From assembly GCA_045578495.1 (NCBI GenBank), contig JAZNKI010000031.1:233-64232 (forward strand): a DNA stretch of 64,000 nt, read 5' to 3'. The first letter of the stretch is position 1, and the number at the start of each line of letters is the position of its first letter. This document shows positions 49,096 through 59,821 of this stretch, in pieces. This DNA is from Faecalimonas sp. Its GTDB lineage: Bacteria > Bacillota > Clostridia > Lachnospirales > Lachnospiraceae. The notes beneath the pieces were generated by a model. It made no database searches. It was not told where the DNA came from and was given only the letters and a program-made list of their open reading frames with translations. The translations under genes were made by a program, and so were the position numbers.

Positions 49096-49414
49096 AAGAA
49101 GAGGAACACGAAAATACGGGCAAGCAAAATTAAAACATGCGAAGAAAGGAATTATTTCATGCGGTCTTTCCGCAGGAGTTCTTTTGATGCTTGTCGTTTT
49201 GATTGCAATCGCATATTTTACAAGAGGAACTGCGGCACCAATCATAGGCGCTTTGGGCCTTATGAGTATGGGCCTTGCGGGCGGTGCAATGTATATGGGG
49301 ATTAAAGGTTTTCGCGAGAGAGAAAAGGATTATCTGACTTGTAAAATCGGAATTGGATGTAGCGCGACATTTATTCTCAGCTTTATTATTATTTTCTGCA
49401 GAGGTTTATTTTAA
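49070..49414 (+). CDS. Small membrane protein (resembles DUF6142)
   Basis: Basic N-terminus plus three hydrophobic segments; family name from memory. Confidence 0.55.
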   Translation: MAQREKERKRRGTRKYGQAKLKHAKKGIISCGLSAGVLLMLVVLIAIAYFTRGTAAPIIGALGLMSMGLAGGAMYMGIKGFREREKDYLTCKIGIGCSATFILSFIIIFCRGLF

Positions 49415-51453
49415 TGAATGAAAGATATGAACTTGCGTTGGAACGCATTCGTTCCATTGTGAAGGAAGAAACGGTGGCACCAGCCTATCGTGAATATTTT
49501 CAAAGTGTAGCAAAATTTATTTTGGAAATTGACGCAATTAAGAATCGACTTGAGAAAACACCAAATGAATGCTGTACGTTGGAAGAGTTGAAGAAAGAAA
49601 ATGAACAAATTTATAGAGATATTGTAGGTGAGGCGTACGAGGTTAGCTATGCAAATCCCACTTATGCAGTAGCAAAAATGGGTGAAAGTGTAGGTCGTAT
49701 GTTAAGTTTCCTCTATGCGGAAATTCGAAGCGAAATACCGCATGTTTACGAAGGGCGCTTAGACTATATTACCATCTGTAATGAGTTGTTTATAGAGATT
49801 TATAATTGTTTTGAAGGGGTAGAAGCTCCAGATGAAAAAGAGATAAAAAGCATTATTTATTGGTATGCAAGTGATTACTGTGATGTGTTCGTAACGGAAC
49901 GCGTAGCAGAGCAGTTAAATCCAGACTATGCATTTGCGACAAATATTATCATGGAAAGTGATTTAACAGATTTGCGTTACTTGTATTTCTTTGGAGAATA
50001 TATTTCCGAAAATGAAAGAAAAACGGCGGAGCATTTGAACACTTTGTCACAAGAAGTGATTGATTGTATGGCAGATGTTTATACGGAAGGCTACCGTAAA
50101 GGCTTCGAGGTTGCTGGTATTGATTTGTCAAAGAAGGCTGTGGTAAATATTCGATATCAATTGGGATTTGAGCGTGTGATTCGAAAAGCAATTGAGAATT
50201 TTTCATGTATGGGTCTTTGCCCAACCATTTATCGAGCTGCGTCTAATGTGGTGACGAAGAAAGGCCAGCATAAGATTGGCTTTACCGGAGGCACACCAAA
50301 TAAGCAATATGACTATGATCACAGAGCGGATAATGGTTTGTTCTTAGATAAGAAATTTGTGGAACGCAAATTAGATGTCATGAAAAATGCGTATGAAGAA
50401 TACAAAGACTTGGCAGGAAAATTTGCGGGTCCGGCAGTGATGGAAGTTTTTGGAGAGGAACCATTTGCACCGGAACAAAAAACAGCGGCGATTCGATTGA
50501 CGGAAAAGCAAGAACAACTGGCTGTTCTTTCGGATAGTAAGGCAGGGCAACTAGTAAATCAATATATCAAAGGCGATGAGCGTAGTTTTACAATTGTTGC
50601 GTATCCAATTCCAGAAATCGGAGAGAACTATACGGAGATTTTTAATGAGGTTATTCGCCTGAACACCTTGGATGCAGACCTTTATGAAAGAGTACAGCAG
50701 ACTTTGATTGATGCATTGGATCAAGGGGAGTATGTGCATGTTCTTGGAAAAGGAGAAAATCAAACGGATTTAAAGATTCAGTTGTACCGCTTGTCAAATC
50801 CGGAGAAGGAAACTATTTTTGAAAATTGCGTAGCAGATGTCAATATTCCAGTTGGTGAAGTGTTTACATCTCCGGTGTTAGAGGGGACAGAAGGAATCTT
50901 ACATGTAAGTAAAGTGTATTTGCATGAATTGCAATACCAAGATTTAAAAGTGATATTTAAAGATGGGATGATTGCAGAGTACAGTTGTGGTAACTTTGAT
51001 GATGAAGAGGAAGGAAAGAAATTTATTAAGAACAACCTTCTTCATAATCACGACACTCTTCCAATGGGTGAGTTTGCAATTGGAACAAACACAACTGCTT
51101 ATGTAGTTGGGAAGAAATATCAAATTGAAGATAAGATGCCGATTCTAATCGCAGAAAAGACTGGTCCACATTTTGCGGTGGGTGATACTTGTTATTCATG
51201 GAGTGAAGAGAATAAGGTTTATAATCGAAATGGAAAAGAAATTGTTGCGAAAGACAATTCTATTTCCGCGTTGCGAAAAGAGGATCTATCAAAAGCATAT
51301 TTTAATTGCCATACAGACATCACTCTTCCATATGATGAGTTGCAAGAAATCAGTGTGGTGAAAAAGAATGGAGAGCGACTCTTACTACTACAAAACGGAA
51401 GATTTGTTCTGGAAGGGACAGAAGTTTTGAATGAGCCGTTAGATGAGAGATAG
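49414..51453 (+). CDS. Aminopeptidase (M29-like C-terminal domain, long N-terminal extension)
   Basis: NIPVGEVFTSP, GEFAIGTN, EKTGPHFAVG, HTDI. Confidence 0.8.
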   Translation: MNERYELALERIRSIVKEETVAPAYREYFQSVAKFILEIDAIKNRLEKTPNECCTLEELKKENEQIYRDIVGEAYEVSYANPTYAVAKMGESVGRMLSFLYAEIRSEIPHVYEGRLDYITICNELFIEIYNCFEGVEAPDEKEIKSIIYWYASDYCDVFVTERVAEQLNPDYAFATNIIMESDLTDLRYLYFFGEYISENERKTAEHLNTLSQEVIDCMADVYTEGYRKGFEVAGIDLSKKAVVNIRYQLGFERVIRKAIENFSCMGLCPTIYRAASNVVTKKGQHKIGFTGGTPNKQYDYDHRADNGLFLDKKFVERKLDVMKNAYEEYKDLAGKFAGPAVMEVFGEEPFAPEQKTAAIRLTEKQEQLAVLSDSKAGQLVNQYIKGDERSFTIVAYPIPEIGENYTEIFNEVIRLNTLDADLYERVQQTLIDALDQGEYVHVLGKGENQTDLKIQLYRLSNPEKETIFENCVADVNIPVGEVFTSPVLEGTEGILHVSKVYLHELQYQDLKVIFKDGMIAEYSCGNFDDEEEGKKFIKNNLLHNHDTLPMGEFAIGTNTTAYVVGKKYQIEDKMPILIAEKTGPHFAVGDTCYSWSEENKVYNRNGKEIVAKDNSISALRKEDLSKAYFNCHTDITLPYDELQEISVVKKNGERLLLLQNGRFVLEGTEVLNEPLDER

Positions 51454-51491
51454 TTATAAGTATTTATAAGGATTTATAACTCGGATATCAG

Positions 51492-51520
51492 TTGACATTC
51501 TATAGTGGTGAAAGTAAAAT
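51492..51520 (+). promoter_or_regulatory. Sigma-A promoter of purE-purM-purN-purD
   Basis: TTGACA-N17-TAAAAT. Confidence 0.75.
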
Positions 51521-51555
51521 AAAAGGTAGTGACAAACGAAAAAAGGAGAAGAAAA

Positions 51556-52068
51556 ATGCCAAAAGTAGGAATTGTAATGGGGAGCGACTCAGACTTAAAA
51601 GTAATGGGGAAAGCAGCAGACATGCTAGAGAAGTTTGGAATTGATTATGAAATGACGATTATTTCAGCACATCGTATGCCAGACATCTTTTTTGACTATG
51701 CAAAATCAGCAGAATCAAAAGACTACAAAGTAATAATTGCGGGAGCAGGTATGGCAGCACATCTTCCAGGAATGTGTGCGGCGATATTCCCAATGCCAGT
51801 TATCGGTGTACCGATTTCAGGAAAGAATTTAGATGGGATGGATGCAGTGTTCTCAATTATGCAGATGCCACCAGGAATTCCAGTGGCGACCGTGGCAATT
51901 GACGGTGGTGCAAATGCAGCGATTTTAGCGGCGAAGATTCTTGCAACATCAAACCCAGAATTGCTTGAAAAATTGAAAGCGTACTCAGTAGAAATGAGAG
52001 AGACTGTTCAAGGAAAAGCAAACAAGTTGGATGAAATTGGCTATAAAGAATATATTAAACAATTATAA
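51556..52068 (+). CDS. purE: N5-CAIR mutase
   Basis: [30 protein letters not shown]. Confidence 0.97.
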   Translation: MPKVGIVMGSDSDLKVMGKAADMLEKFGIDYEMTIISAHRMPDIFFDYAKSAESKDYKVIIAGAGMAAHLPGMCAAIFPMPVIGVPISGKNLDGMDAVFSIMQMPPGIPVATVAIDGGANAAILAAKILATSNPELLEKLKAYSVEMRETVQGKANKLDEIGYKEYIKQL

Positions 52069-52087
52069 TACAGCGGAGGAAGAGAAA

Positions 52088-53113
52088 ATGGATTATAAGA
52101 AAGCAGGCGTAGATATTGAAGCGGGTTACAGATCAGTAGAACTTATGAAAAAACACGTACAGGCAACAATGAGACCAGAAGTACTTACAAATATCGGGGG
52201 ATTCTCTGGTGCATTTGCAATGGACAAGTTTAAAAATATGGAGAAACCAACATTGGTATCTGGAACAGATGGTGTTGGAACAAAGTTAAAACTGGCATTT
52301 ATTTTGGATAAGCATGACACAATCGGTATTGACTGCGTGGCAATGTGTGTAAACGATATTGCATGTGCAGGTGGAGAACCATTATTCTTCCTTGACTACA
52401 TTGCTTGTGGAAAGAATGAACCTGAAAAAATTGCTACAATCGTAAGTGGTGTAGCAGAAGGATGTATTCAATCAGGAGCCGCATTGATTGGTGGAGAAAC
52501 AGCGGAAATGCCAGGATTCTATCCAATTGATGAGTATGACCTTGCAGGTTTTGCAGTTGGTATCGTAGATGAAAAAGATTTGATTACAGGAAAAGATTTG
52601 AAAGCAGGAGATGTGTTAATTGGTATGGCATCTTCTGGTGTACATAGTAACGGATTTTCATTGGTACGTAAGGTATTCTCTATGACAGAAGAGTCTTTGA
52701 AAAGAGAGTATGAAGCTTTGGGATGCTCATTAGGAGAAGCGTTACTTGCTCCTACAAAGATTTATGTAAAAGCTCTTCGTACAATCAAAGAAGCAGGTGT
52801 TACAATCAAAGCATGTAGCCATATTACTGGTGGTGGGTTCTATGAAAACATCCCACGTATGTTGAAAGAAGATACACATGCTGTTGTGAAGAAAGATAGT
52901 TATCCAGTACCACCAATCTTCAAAATGTTGGCAGTAGATGGAGATATTGAAGAACAAATGATGTACAATACATTCAACATGGGTCTTGGTATGGTTCTTG
53001 CAGTAGATGAAAAAGATGTAGATGCTACACTTGCTGCAATTAAAGAGGCTGGTGAAGAAGGATATGTTGTAGGTCACATTGAAGCAGGTGACAAAGGAGT
53101 TACTTTATGCTAA
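52088..53113 (+). CDS. purM: Phosphoribosylformylglycinamidine cyclo-ligase
   Basis: [35 protein letters not shown]. Confidence 0.97.
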   Translation: MDYKKAGVDIEAGYRSVELMKKHVQATMRPEVLTNIGGFSGAFAMDKFKNMEKPTLVSGTDGVGTKLKLAFILDKHDTIGIDCVAMCVNDIACAGGEPLFFLDYIACGKNEPEKIATIVSGVAEGCIQSGAALIGGETAEMPGFYPIDEYDLAGFAVGIVDEKDLITGKDLKAGDVLIGMASSGVHSNGFSLVRKVFSMTEESLKREYEALGCSLGEALLAPTKIYVKALRTIKEAGVTIKACSHITGGGFYENIPRMLKEDTHAVVKKDSYPVPPIFKMLAVDGDIEEQMMYNTFNMGLGMVLAVDEKDVDATLAAIKEAGEEGYVVGHIEAGDKGVTLC

Positions 53114-53739
53114 GAGTTGTTGTATTAGTTTCCGGAGGGGGAACCAATTTACAGGCTATCATAGATGCTGTAGAAGATGGAACAATCACAAATACAGAAC
53201 TCGTTGGTGTTATTAGCAACAATAAAAATGCATATGCGTTAGAAAGAGCAAAGGCGAAGGGAATCCCTAGCCTTTGTGTTTCTCCAAAAGACTTTGAGAC
53301 TAGAGCGGAATTCAATGACGCTTTGCTTGCGGCAGTTGATGAAATGAAAGCGGATTTAGTTGTATTAGCTGGATTCTTGGTGGTTATTCCTGAGAAGATG
53401 ATTGCGCAGTATCGAAACCGTATCATTAATATTCATCCATCCTTGATTCCATCTTTTTGTGGAACAGGGTATTATGGATTGAAAGTGCATGAAGCTGCAT
53501 TGGAAAAAGGTGTTAAGGTTGTAGGTGCGACGGTTCATTTCGTGGATGAAGGAACTGACACAGGAGCCATTATTATGCAGCAACCAGTTGCGGTAGAAAA
53601 AGGTGACACTCCTGAGTTGCTGCAACGTAGAGTTATGGAACAGGCAGAATGGAAGATTATGCCAAAGGCAATTGATTTGATTGCAAATGATAAATTGGAA
53701 ATCATTAACGGAAATGTGTGGATAAAGACGGAGGATTAA
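53107..53739 (+). CDS. purN: Phosphoribosylglycinamide formyltransferase
   Basis: [24 protein letters not shown]. Confidence 0.96.
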   Translation: MLRVVVLVSGGGTNLQAIIDAVEDGTITNTELVGVISNNKNAYALERAKAKGIPSLCVSPKDFETRAEFNDALLAAVDEMKADLVVLAGFLVVIPEKMIAQYRNRIINIHPSLIPSFCGTGYYGLKVHEAALEKGVKVVGATVHFVDEGTDTGAIIMQQPVAVEKGDTPELLQRRVMEQAEWKIMPKAIDLIANDKLEIINGNVWIKTED

Positions 53740-53740
53740 G

Positions 53741-55012
53741 ATGAAAGTATTAATCGTTGGAAGTGGCGGAAGAGAACATGCAATTGCATGGAAAGTTGCT
53801 CAAAGCCCAAAAGTAGATAAGATATATTGTGCGCCAGGAAATGCGGGAATTGAAGAGTACGCAGAATGTGTTGCAATTGGAGCAATGGAGTTTGATAAAC
53901 TTGTTGCATTTGCAAAAGAAAAAGAGATTGACTTGACAGTTATCGGTATGGATGATCCTCTTGTTGGAGGTGTAGTCGACGCATTTGAAGAAGCGGGACT
54001 TCGTGTTTTTGGACCACGTAAGAATGCGGCCATCTTAGAGGGATCAAAAGCGTTCTCAAAAGACTTGATGAAAAAGTACAATATACCAACTGCGGCATAT
54101 GAGAATTTTGATGATGCAGAGGCGGCTCTTGCATATTTGGAAACAGCCAAATTTCCAATCGTATTAAAGGCAGATGGCTTGGCTCTTGGAAAAGGTGTAT
54201 TGATTTGTAATACCCTAGAAGAAGCAAAAGATGGTGTGCAATCCATCATGTTGGACAAGCAATTTGGAACTGCTGGAAACCGCATGGTAATAGAAGAGTT
54301 TATGACAGGACGTGAAGTATCTGTACTTTCTTTTGTGGATGGAAATACGATTAAGACGATGACTTCAGCACAAGACCATAAGCGTGCGAAAGATGGAGAT
54401 CAGGGATTAAATACTGGCGGAATGGGAACTTTTAGTCCGAGTCCATTTTATACAGAGGAAGTTGATGAATTTTGTAAAAAATATATCTATCAACCGACGG
54501 TAGATGCCATGAAATCCGAAGGCAGAGAATTTAAAGGAATTATCTTCTTTGGTTTGATGCTTACTGCAGATGGACCAAGAGTGTTAGAATACAATGCACG
54601 TTTCGGAGATCCAGAAACACAGGTTGTTCTTCCACGTATGAAAAGTGATATCGTAGAAGTGTTTGAAGCTTGTATCGATGGTACTTTGGATCAAGTGAAT
54701 TTGGAATTTGAAGACAATGCAGCTGTATGTGTTGTATTGGCTTCGGATGGATATCCATTGAAATATGAAAAAGGATTCCCAATCGACGGTTTAGATGAGT
54801 TTGGTAAGCACGACGGATACTATTGCTTCCATGCAGGAACCAAATTCTCAGATGGTAAAATCGTGACAAATGGTGGCCGTGTACTTGGAGTAACCGCCAA
54901 GGGAAGTGATTTGAAAGAGGCAAGAGCAAATGCATATGCAGCAACAGAATGGGTGTCATTCGATAATAAATATAAGAGAAATGATATCGGAAAAGCGATT
55001 GATGAAGCATAG
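53741..55012 (+). CDS. purD: Phosphoribosylamine-glycine ligase
   Basis: GSGGREHA, EGSK, QDHKR, NTGGMG, EYNARFGDPE. Confidence 0.97.
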   Translation: MKVLIVGSGGREHAIAWKVAQSPKVDKIYCAPGNAGIEEYAECVAIGAMEFDKLVAFAKEKEIDLTVIGMDDPLVGGVVDAFEEAGLRVFGPRKNAAILEGSKAFSKDLMKKYNIPTAAYENFDDAEAALAYLETAKFPIVLKADGLALGKGVLICNTLEEAKDGVQSIMLDKQFGTAGNRMVIEEFMTGREVSVLSFVDGNTIKTMTSAQDHKRAKDGDQGLNTGGMGTFSPSPFYTEEVDEFCKKYIYQPTVDAMKSEGREFKGIIFFGLMLTADGPRVLEYNARFGDPETQVVLPRMKSDIVEVFEACIDGTLDQVNLEFEDNAAVCVVLASDGYPLKYEKGFPIDGLDEFGKHDGYYCFHAGTKFSDGKIVTNGGRVLGVTAKGSDLKEARANAYAATEWVSFDNKYKRNDIGKAIDEA

Positions 55013-55050
55013 AAGAAAAAAGGAACAGGTTTGCCTGTTCCTTTTTTCTT
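55013..55050. terminator. Bidirectional terminator
   Basis: AAGAAAAAAGGAACAGG-TTTG-CCTGTTCCTTTTTTCTT. Confidence 0.88.
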
Positions 55051-55060
55051 ATCGTAGAGT

Positions 55061-55891
55061 CTATTTTCGTATACGTAATTGAGAAGGCGGAATGCCAAAG
55101 TGAGATTTGAAACAACGGGTAAAGTAATTGGAATCAGTATATCCGCACTTCATTGCAATTTCGTTGATGTTGTGTTCGCCCTTTTTGAGAAGCTTATATG
55201 CTTCTTCCATGCGTCGGATCTTTAAGTAGGTCATAGGAGTAAGACCGATTTCTTCTTTGAATTTTCGACAGAAATGTGCAGACGTATAACCAAAGTGTGC
55301 ACAGAGGGAAGCGGTTGTCAATTCTTGTACGAAGTTTTCTTCCATGTACTCTACAATATCTCTCACAATATCACTTTGGTTTGAAGCTGATTGCAAATCA
55401 GTTAAGTTATGTTTAAAAAGTAAAAATAGAAAGTAATAAATAAGCGATATGATTTCCAAAGAGTTGTGGTCCGTATTTTGGATAATGCGGTCAAAGCAAG
55501 CGATGGTGTCTGGGTTTGTTACAAGCGCATCGAATTTTGCCCGTCCGTTGAAAATGCAAGGAAAGTACTCTTTGCAAATATCACTATCATTGTAAAATGA
55601 ACGAATGTCGAACATCAGTACATCGTATTCTAAGTGGGAATCTCCTGAAAAGGCATGGTGAGGTTGTTTGGGAGGAAAGAGTATCATTTCTCCTGTAGAT
55701 ACTCTTGTTACATTTGCGCCGTGCGTAACGGTCATCTCTCCTTTGTGCACACGCAAAAACTCCATACGATCATGCCAATGTATACGAAAACATTCTTGGT
55801 TTGCAGGAACAGAATAAGGCAGTATCTTAATCGCTGCTGAACTATATGTAATTGGTGTAAGTTCTTGATTGTTTTTACTAAAATCAAACAT
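55061..55891 (-). CDS. AraC-family transcriptional regulator with cupin sensor domain
   Basis: HWH..E cupin; C-terminal double HTH (INEIAMKCGYTDSNYFTRCFK). Confidence 0.93.
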   Translation of the reverse strand: MFDFSKNNQELTPITYSSAAIKILPYSVPANQECFRIHWHDRMEFLRVHKGEMTVTHGANVTRVSTGEMILFPPKQPHHAFSGDSHLEYDVLMFDIRSFYNDSDICKEYFPCIFNGRAKFDALVTNPDTIACFDRIIQNTDHNSLEIISLIYYFLFLLFKHNLTDLQSASNQSDIVRDIVEYMEENFVQELTTASLCAHFGYTSAHFCRKFKEEIGLTPMTYLKIRRMEEAYKLLKKGEHNINEIAMKCGYTDSNYFTRCFKSHFGIPPSQLRIRK

Positions 55892-56026
55892 ATTTTGTCC
55901 TCTTATATCAAAAAAATGCTATATTACGTCGTATTTTCACTATACTTATCTTACGAATTATGCTAACATAAAGTTGTTGTAAAAGCAATGGAATGAAAAA
56001 ATAAGTAAATAAAGGAGTAAGGAACA

Positions 56027-57679
56027 TTGAAGTGTGAATTGAAATTACTTAGTAGTTTAGAAAAGATTTTCTTTGACAATTTTTCAGACCGGCCAGAATA
56101 TACTTCGGGCACGATGTTGAAAAACGAGATTTTTTCTTTCCAATTAGCAACATGGGGAGAAGGAGAAATTGTTACACGACATAAATGTAAAATTCAGATT
56201 GAATCAGAGTTATTACCTTATATTCAAATAAAAAAAATAGATTATGTACCGTCGATGCTTCCGTTGGTTGAAGCGAAAGCGGATGATGATTATTTGGTAA
56301 AAAGACCTGGTGTGATGTTTCCAGATCCATTACATACAATCAAAAATGGTGAAATTGAGATTTTCCTACATCAAGCAAGGGCACTTTGGATTTCGATTGA
56401 GCCAAATGGTGAAAAGGTAGGAACTTATCCGATCACATTTAAAATATTCAATCCGAAAGAAGAATTGATTGGAGAAACTTGCTTTACAATCGAAATTTTG
56501 GATGTGGAACTTCCAGAATTGGATATTTATAATACCTGTTGGTTCCATGGAGATTGTTTAGCAGCTCTTCACAATGTAGAAATTTTGAGTGATGAATATT
56601 ATGAAGTGGTAAAGAAGTATCTTGCAACATTTGTGAAATTTGGTCACAATATGATTTTGACTCCGATTTTCACACCACCACTTGATACTGTGGTAGGTGG
56701 AGAAAGACCGACCAATCAATTGATTGATGTTGTCATAACGGGCGGAAAGTATTCGTTTGGATTTGACAAGCTGAAATATTGGATTGATTTGTGTCATGGT
56801 TTTGGAATTAAATATTTTGAAATGGCACATTTCTTTACACAGTGGGGTGCATATCATGCACCAAAAGTTATGGCTACTGTGAATGGTGAGTATAAAAAGA
56901 TTTTTGGATGGGAAACAGACGCCCTATCTGATGAGTATAAAGAGTTTTTAAATGCATTGTTACCAGAATTGATTGCATTTTTGAAAACAGAAGGTATCAT
57001 GGAAAATTGTTTCTTCCATGTATCGGATGAACCACGTGAAGTTCACGAAACACAATATCGTAATGTAAAAGATATCTTGTTAAAACATCTGGATAGTGCA
57101 CAATTGATCGATGCATTATCTGATTATAGTTTCTTTGAAAAAGGAATTGTAACAAGACCAGTTGTAAGTACAAAGTACATCCAGGACTTCATTGCACATG
57201 ACGTGAAGAGAATGTGGGCATATTATTGTACTTCGGAAGGAAAAGATGTGGCAAATCGTTTTATGGCGATGCCATCATATAGAAACAGAATTTTGGGATA
57301 TCAATTGTACAAGTACCAAATCGAAGGATTCTTGCAATGGGGTTACAATTTCTGGTTCAAAGAATTATCGGTTGGTGTGTTAAATCCGTATGAAGATACC
57401 ACGGCTGGTGGTGCCTTCCAATCAGGCGATGCGTTTGTCGTTTATCCATTAGACGAAGACGGAGAAGTGGTATGTTCACTTAGATTGTATGTGTTCCATG
57501 AAACATTACAGGATTTGCGCGCGTTGAAATTACTAGAATCTTTGACGGACCGAGAGACGGTAGTCAATATGTTGGGTGAGATTGATAAGTTCGCTTCTTA
57601 TCCAAGAAACAATGAATATATTCTCAATTTAAGAGAAGAGATTAATCGCAAAATTAAATCATTCATATCTTTGAAATAG
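56027..57679 (+). CDS. DUF4091 / GH123-like glycoside hydrolase (putative beta-N-acetylgalactosaminidase)
   Basis: HFFTQWGA, SDEP acid pair, WAYYC, GFLQWGYN, SGD..VYP..SLR; no signal peptide. Confidence 0.7.
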   Translation: MKCELKLLSSLEKIFFDNFSDRPEYTSGTMLKNEIFSFQLATWGEGEIVTRHKCKIQIESELLPYIQIKKIDYVPSMLPLVEAKADDDYLVKRPGVMFPDPLHTIKNGEIEIFLHQARALWISIEPNGEKVGTYPITFKIFNPKEELIGETCFTIEILDVELPELDIYNTCWFHGDCLAALHNVEILSDEYYEVVKKYLATFVKFGHNMILTPIFTPPLDTVVGGERPTNQLIDVVITGGKYSFGFDKLKYWIDLCHGFGIKYFEMAHFFTQWGAYHAPKVMATVNGEYKKIFGWETDALSDEYKEFLNALLPELIAFLKTEGIMENCFFHVSDEPREVHETQYRNVKDILLKHLDSAQLIDALSDYSFFEKGIVTRPVVSTKYIQDFIAHDVKRMWAYYCTSEGKDVANRFMAMPSYRNRILGYQLYKYQIEGFLQWGYNFWFKELSVGVLNPYEDTTAGGAFQSGDAFVVYPLDEDGEVVCSLRLYVFHETLQDLRALKLLESLTDRETVVNMLGEIDKFASYPRNNEYILNLREEINRKIKSFISLK

Positions 57680-57695
57680 GAAAGTAGGTAAGCAT

Positions 57696-58802
57696 ATGGA
57701 AAAACAAAAATTAGCAAAACAAGTATCTATTATGGAAAACTTTGATTTGAAAGGACCAATCGTTAGCATGGGTGAATACGGAAGCGGTCACATCAATGCT
57801 ACATATTTAGTGGAAGTCAATGAAAATGGAAGTCTTGAGAAATATATCTTCCAACAAGTAAACACAGATATTTTTGTAGACATTGAAAGATTGATGGAAA
57901 ACATTCAAGGTGTAACTTCCTATTTAACAAAGCAGATTGAAGAAAGAAATGGAGATCCAAAGCGAGAAACATTACAAGTAATCAAGACGAAAAATGGTGA
58001 AAATTTTTATCGTGATACAGATGGTCTTTGCTATCGTGTATACCGATTTATTACAGATGCAACAAGCTATGACGTGGTAGAAAGCCCAAAAGATTTCTAT
58101 GAGAGTGCAGTTTCTTTTGGTAACTTCCAATATTTGTTGGCTGACTATCCAGCAGAAACATTATATGAGACGATTCCTAATTTCCATCACACAGCAAAAC
58201 GTTTTGAAACATTCTGTCAAGCAGTAAAAGAAGATGTTTGCAAAAGAGCGGCAAGTGTTCAAGCGGAAATTGATTTTGTTATGGCTCGTGCAAAAGAAAC
58301 CTCTGCATTGACAAGTCTTTTGGAAAGTAAAGAATTGCCACTTCGTGTGACACACAATGACACAAAGTTAAACAATATTATGATTGATAATGAGACAGGA
58401 AAAGGAATCTGTGTCATCGATTTGGACACAGTAATGCCTGGTTCTGCATTGTATGATTTTGGTGATTCTATCCGCTTTGGTGCTAATACAGCTGTGGAAG
58501 ATGAAATTGATTTATCGAAGGTTTCATTAGATTTAGAACTATATGAAATCTATGTAAAAGGATATTTGGAAGGATGTAAAGGAAGTTTAACAGAACTTGA
58601 AGTCTCTTTATTGCCAATGGGTGCAAAAATGATGACCTTTGAATGTGGCATGAGATTCTTGACAGATTATCTTCAAGGTGATCATTACTTTAGAATTCAT
58701 CGTGAGCACCACAATCTTGACCGTTGTAGAACACAGTTTGCATTGGTTGCAGATATGGAAAAGAAATGGGATGAGATGCAAGCGATTGTAAAAAAATACT
58801 AG
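57696..58802 (+). CDS. APH-fold sugar kinase, N-acetylhexosamine 1-kinase-like
   Basis: GHINAT, THNDTKLNN, IDLDT, RFLTDYL.GD.YF. Confidence 0.8.
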   Translation: MEKQKLAKQVSIMENFDLKGPIVSMGEYGSGHINATYLVEVNENGSLEKYIFQQVNTDIFVDIERLMENIQGVTSYLTKQIEERNGDPKRETLQVIKTKNGENFYRDTDGLCYRVYRFITDATSYDVVESPKDFYESAVSFGNFQYLLADYPAETLYETIPNFHHTAKRFETFCQAVKEDVCKRAASVQAEIDFVMARAKETSALTSLLESKELPLRVTHNDTKLNNIMIDNETGKGICVIDLDTVMPGSALYDFGDSIRFGANTAVEDEIDLSKVSLDLELYEIYVKGYLEGCKGSLTELEVSLLPMGAKMMTFECGMRFLTDYLQGDHYFRIHREHHNLDRCRTQFALVADMEKKWDEMQAIVKKY

Positions 58803-58855
58803 AATAGTTTTAGCGGAAAAAGGAAAGGCTCTTAGGTAAAAAAGGAGCCAAAACG

Positions 58856-59686
58856 ATGAGATTAAAGGACAAGAAAAAATGCTGGGAAACATGGACAATA
58901 TCATTGTTGATGCTCTCAGCTTTTTTATGCTTGTTGGTGTATTTTTTGCAACATACCTGGGTGCATAAAGAGGGGAATTATGTTTCGGGAGAAGAGAAAG
59001 TCATATTGACAAAAGAAACGGATTACGAGACGTTTTTCTTGCAAACAGGCTTAGGAAAAGAAGCGATAGATAAATTGCTGAAGGAAGATAAATGGAAAGA
59101 AATTCAATCTGTACAACAAGCCTTTTTGGAGGAGGATCAAGTAGAGTGTATTTCGGTGCTAGGTTGGTTTACAAGAAGTGACCGCGTTGATTATTCTCAA
59201 AGTGCTCCGCTTGTAGATTTGCAACCAGGAGATGTATTGGTGAGCTTTTCTACACATAGCATAGGGTGGAGACATGGTCATGCGGGATTAGTGCTTGATG
59301 ACGAACGGGTATTAGAATGTACCAGTTGGGGAAAAGATTCTCGTATTGTAAAAAGTAAACATTGGCGCAAGTATTCGAACTATGCTGTTTTGCGAGTGAA
59401 AAATAGTTCGAAGAAGGAGCGAGAACAAGTGGCTTCCTATGCGGAGAAAACGTTACAAGGGATTCCATATCATCTGTCTTCGGGATTCGTGGGAGACAAA
59501 GCACCTAGTCCGGAACAGGTCTATTTTGGTCTGCAATGTGCATATTTGGTATGGTATGCTTGGCAAGAGTATGGGTATGATTTGGATTCGGATGGAGGGC
59601 GATTGGTTACAGCAAAAGATCTCTTTTGTTCGGAACTTTTGGAAGTAGTACAGATATATGGTATGAATCCAAAGGAGTTGGAGTGA
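58856..59686 (+). CDS. Membrane-anchored permuted NlpC/P60 (YiiX/YaeF-like) cysteine hydrolase
   Basis: N-terminal TM; LQPGD..HGHAGL precedes CAYLVWYAW (His before Cys). Confidence 0.75.
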   Translation: MRLKDKKKCWETWTISLLMLSAFLCLLVYFLQHTWVHKEGNYVSGEEKVILTKETDYETFFLQTGLGKEAIDKLLKEDKWKEIQSVQQAFLEEDQVECISVLGWFTRSDRVDYSQSAPLVDLQPGDVLVSFSTHSIGWRHGHAGLVLDDERVLECTSWGKDSRIVKSKHWRKYSNYAVLRVKNSSKKEREQVASYAEKTLQGIPYHLSSGFVGDKAPSPEQVYFGLQCAYLVWYAWQEYGYDLDSDGGRLVTAKDLFCSELLEVVQIYGMNPKELE

Positions 59687-59727
59687 CAATTATATATGGT
59701 TTGTTGTAATTTGGATTTCGATTAATC

Positions 59728-59760
59728 AGGTGTGTCCGTTTTGGACACACCTTTTTCTTT
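59728..59760 (+). terminator. Intrinsic terminator
   Basis: AGGTGTGTCC-GTTTT-GGACACACCT then T-tract. Confidence 0.85.
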
Positions 59761-59821
59761 ACTTTGAAAGAAGTTGTGTTATAATCTTTGTATAACAAAG
59801 ACATAAGAAAAGGTGAAGGAT

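Noticed and set aside
57696-58802. Aminoglycoside resistance gene
   Set aside because: APH fold, but motifs and context point to a sugar (HexNAc) kinase. Likewise the VanZ-family gene at 48619 is not within a van cluster.
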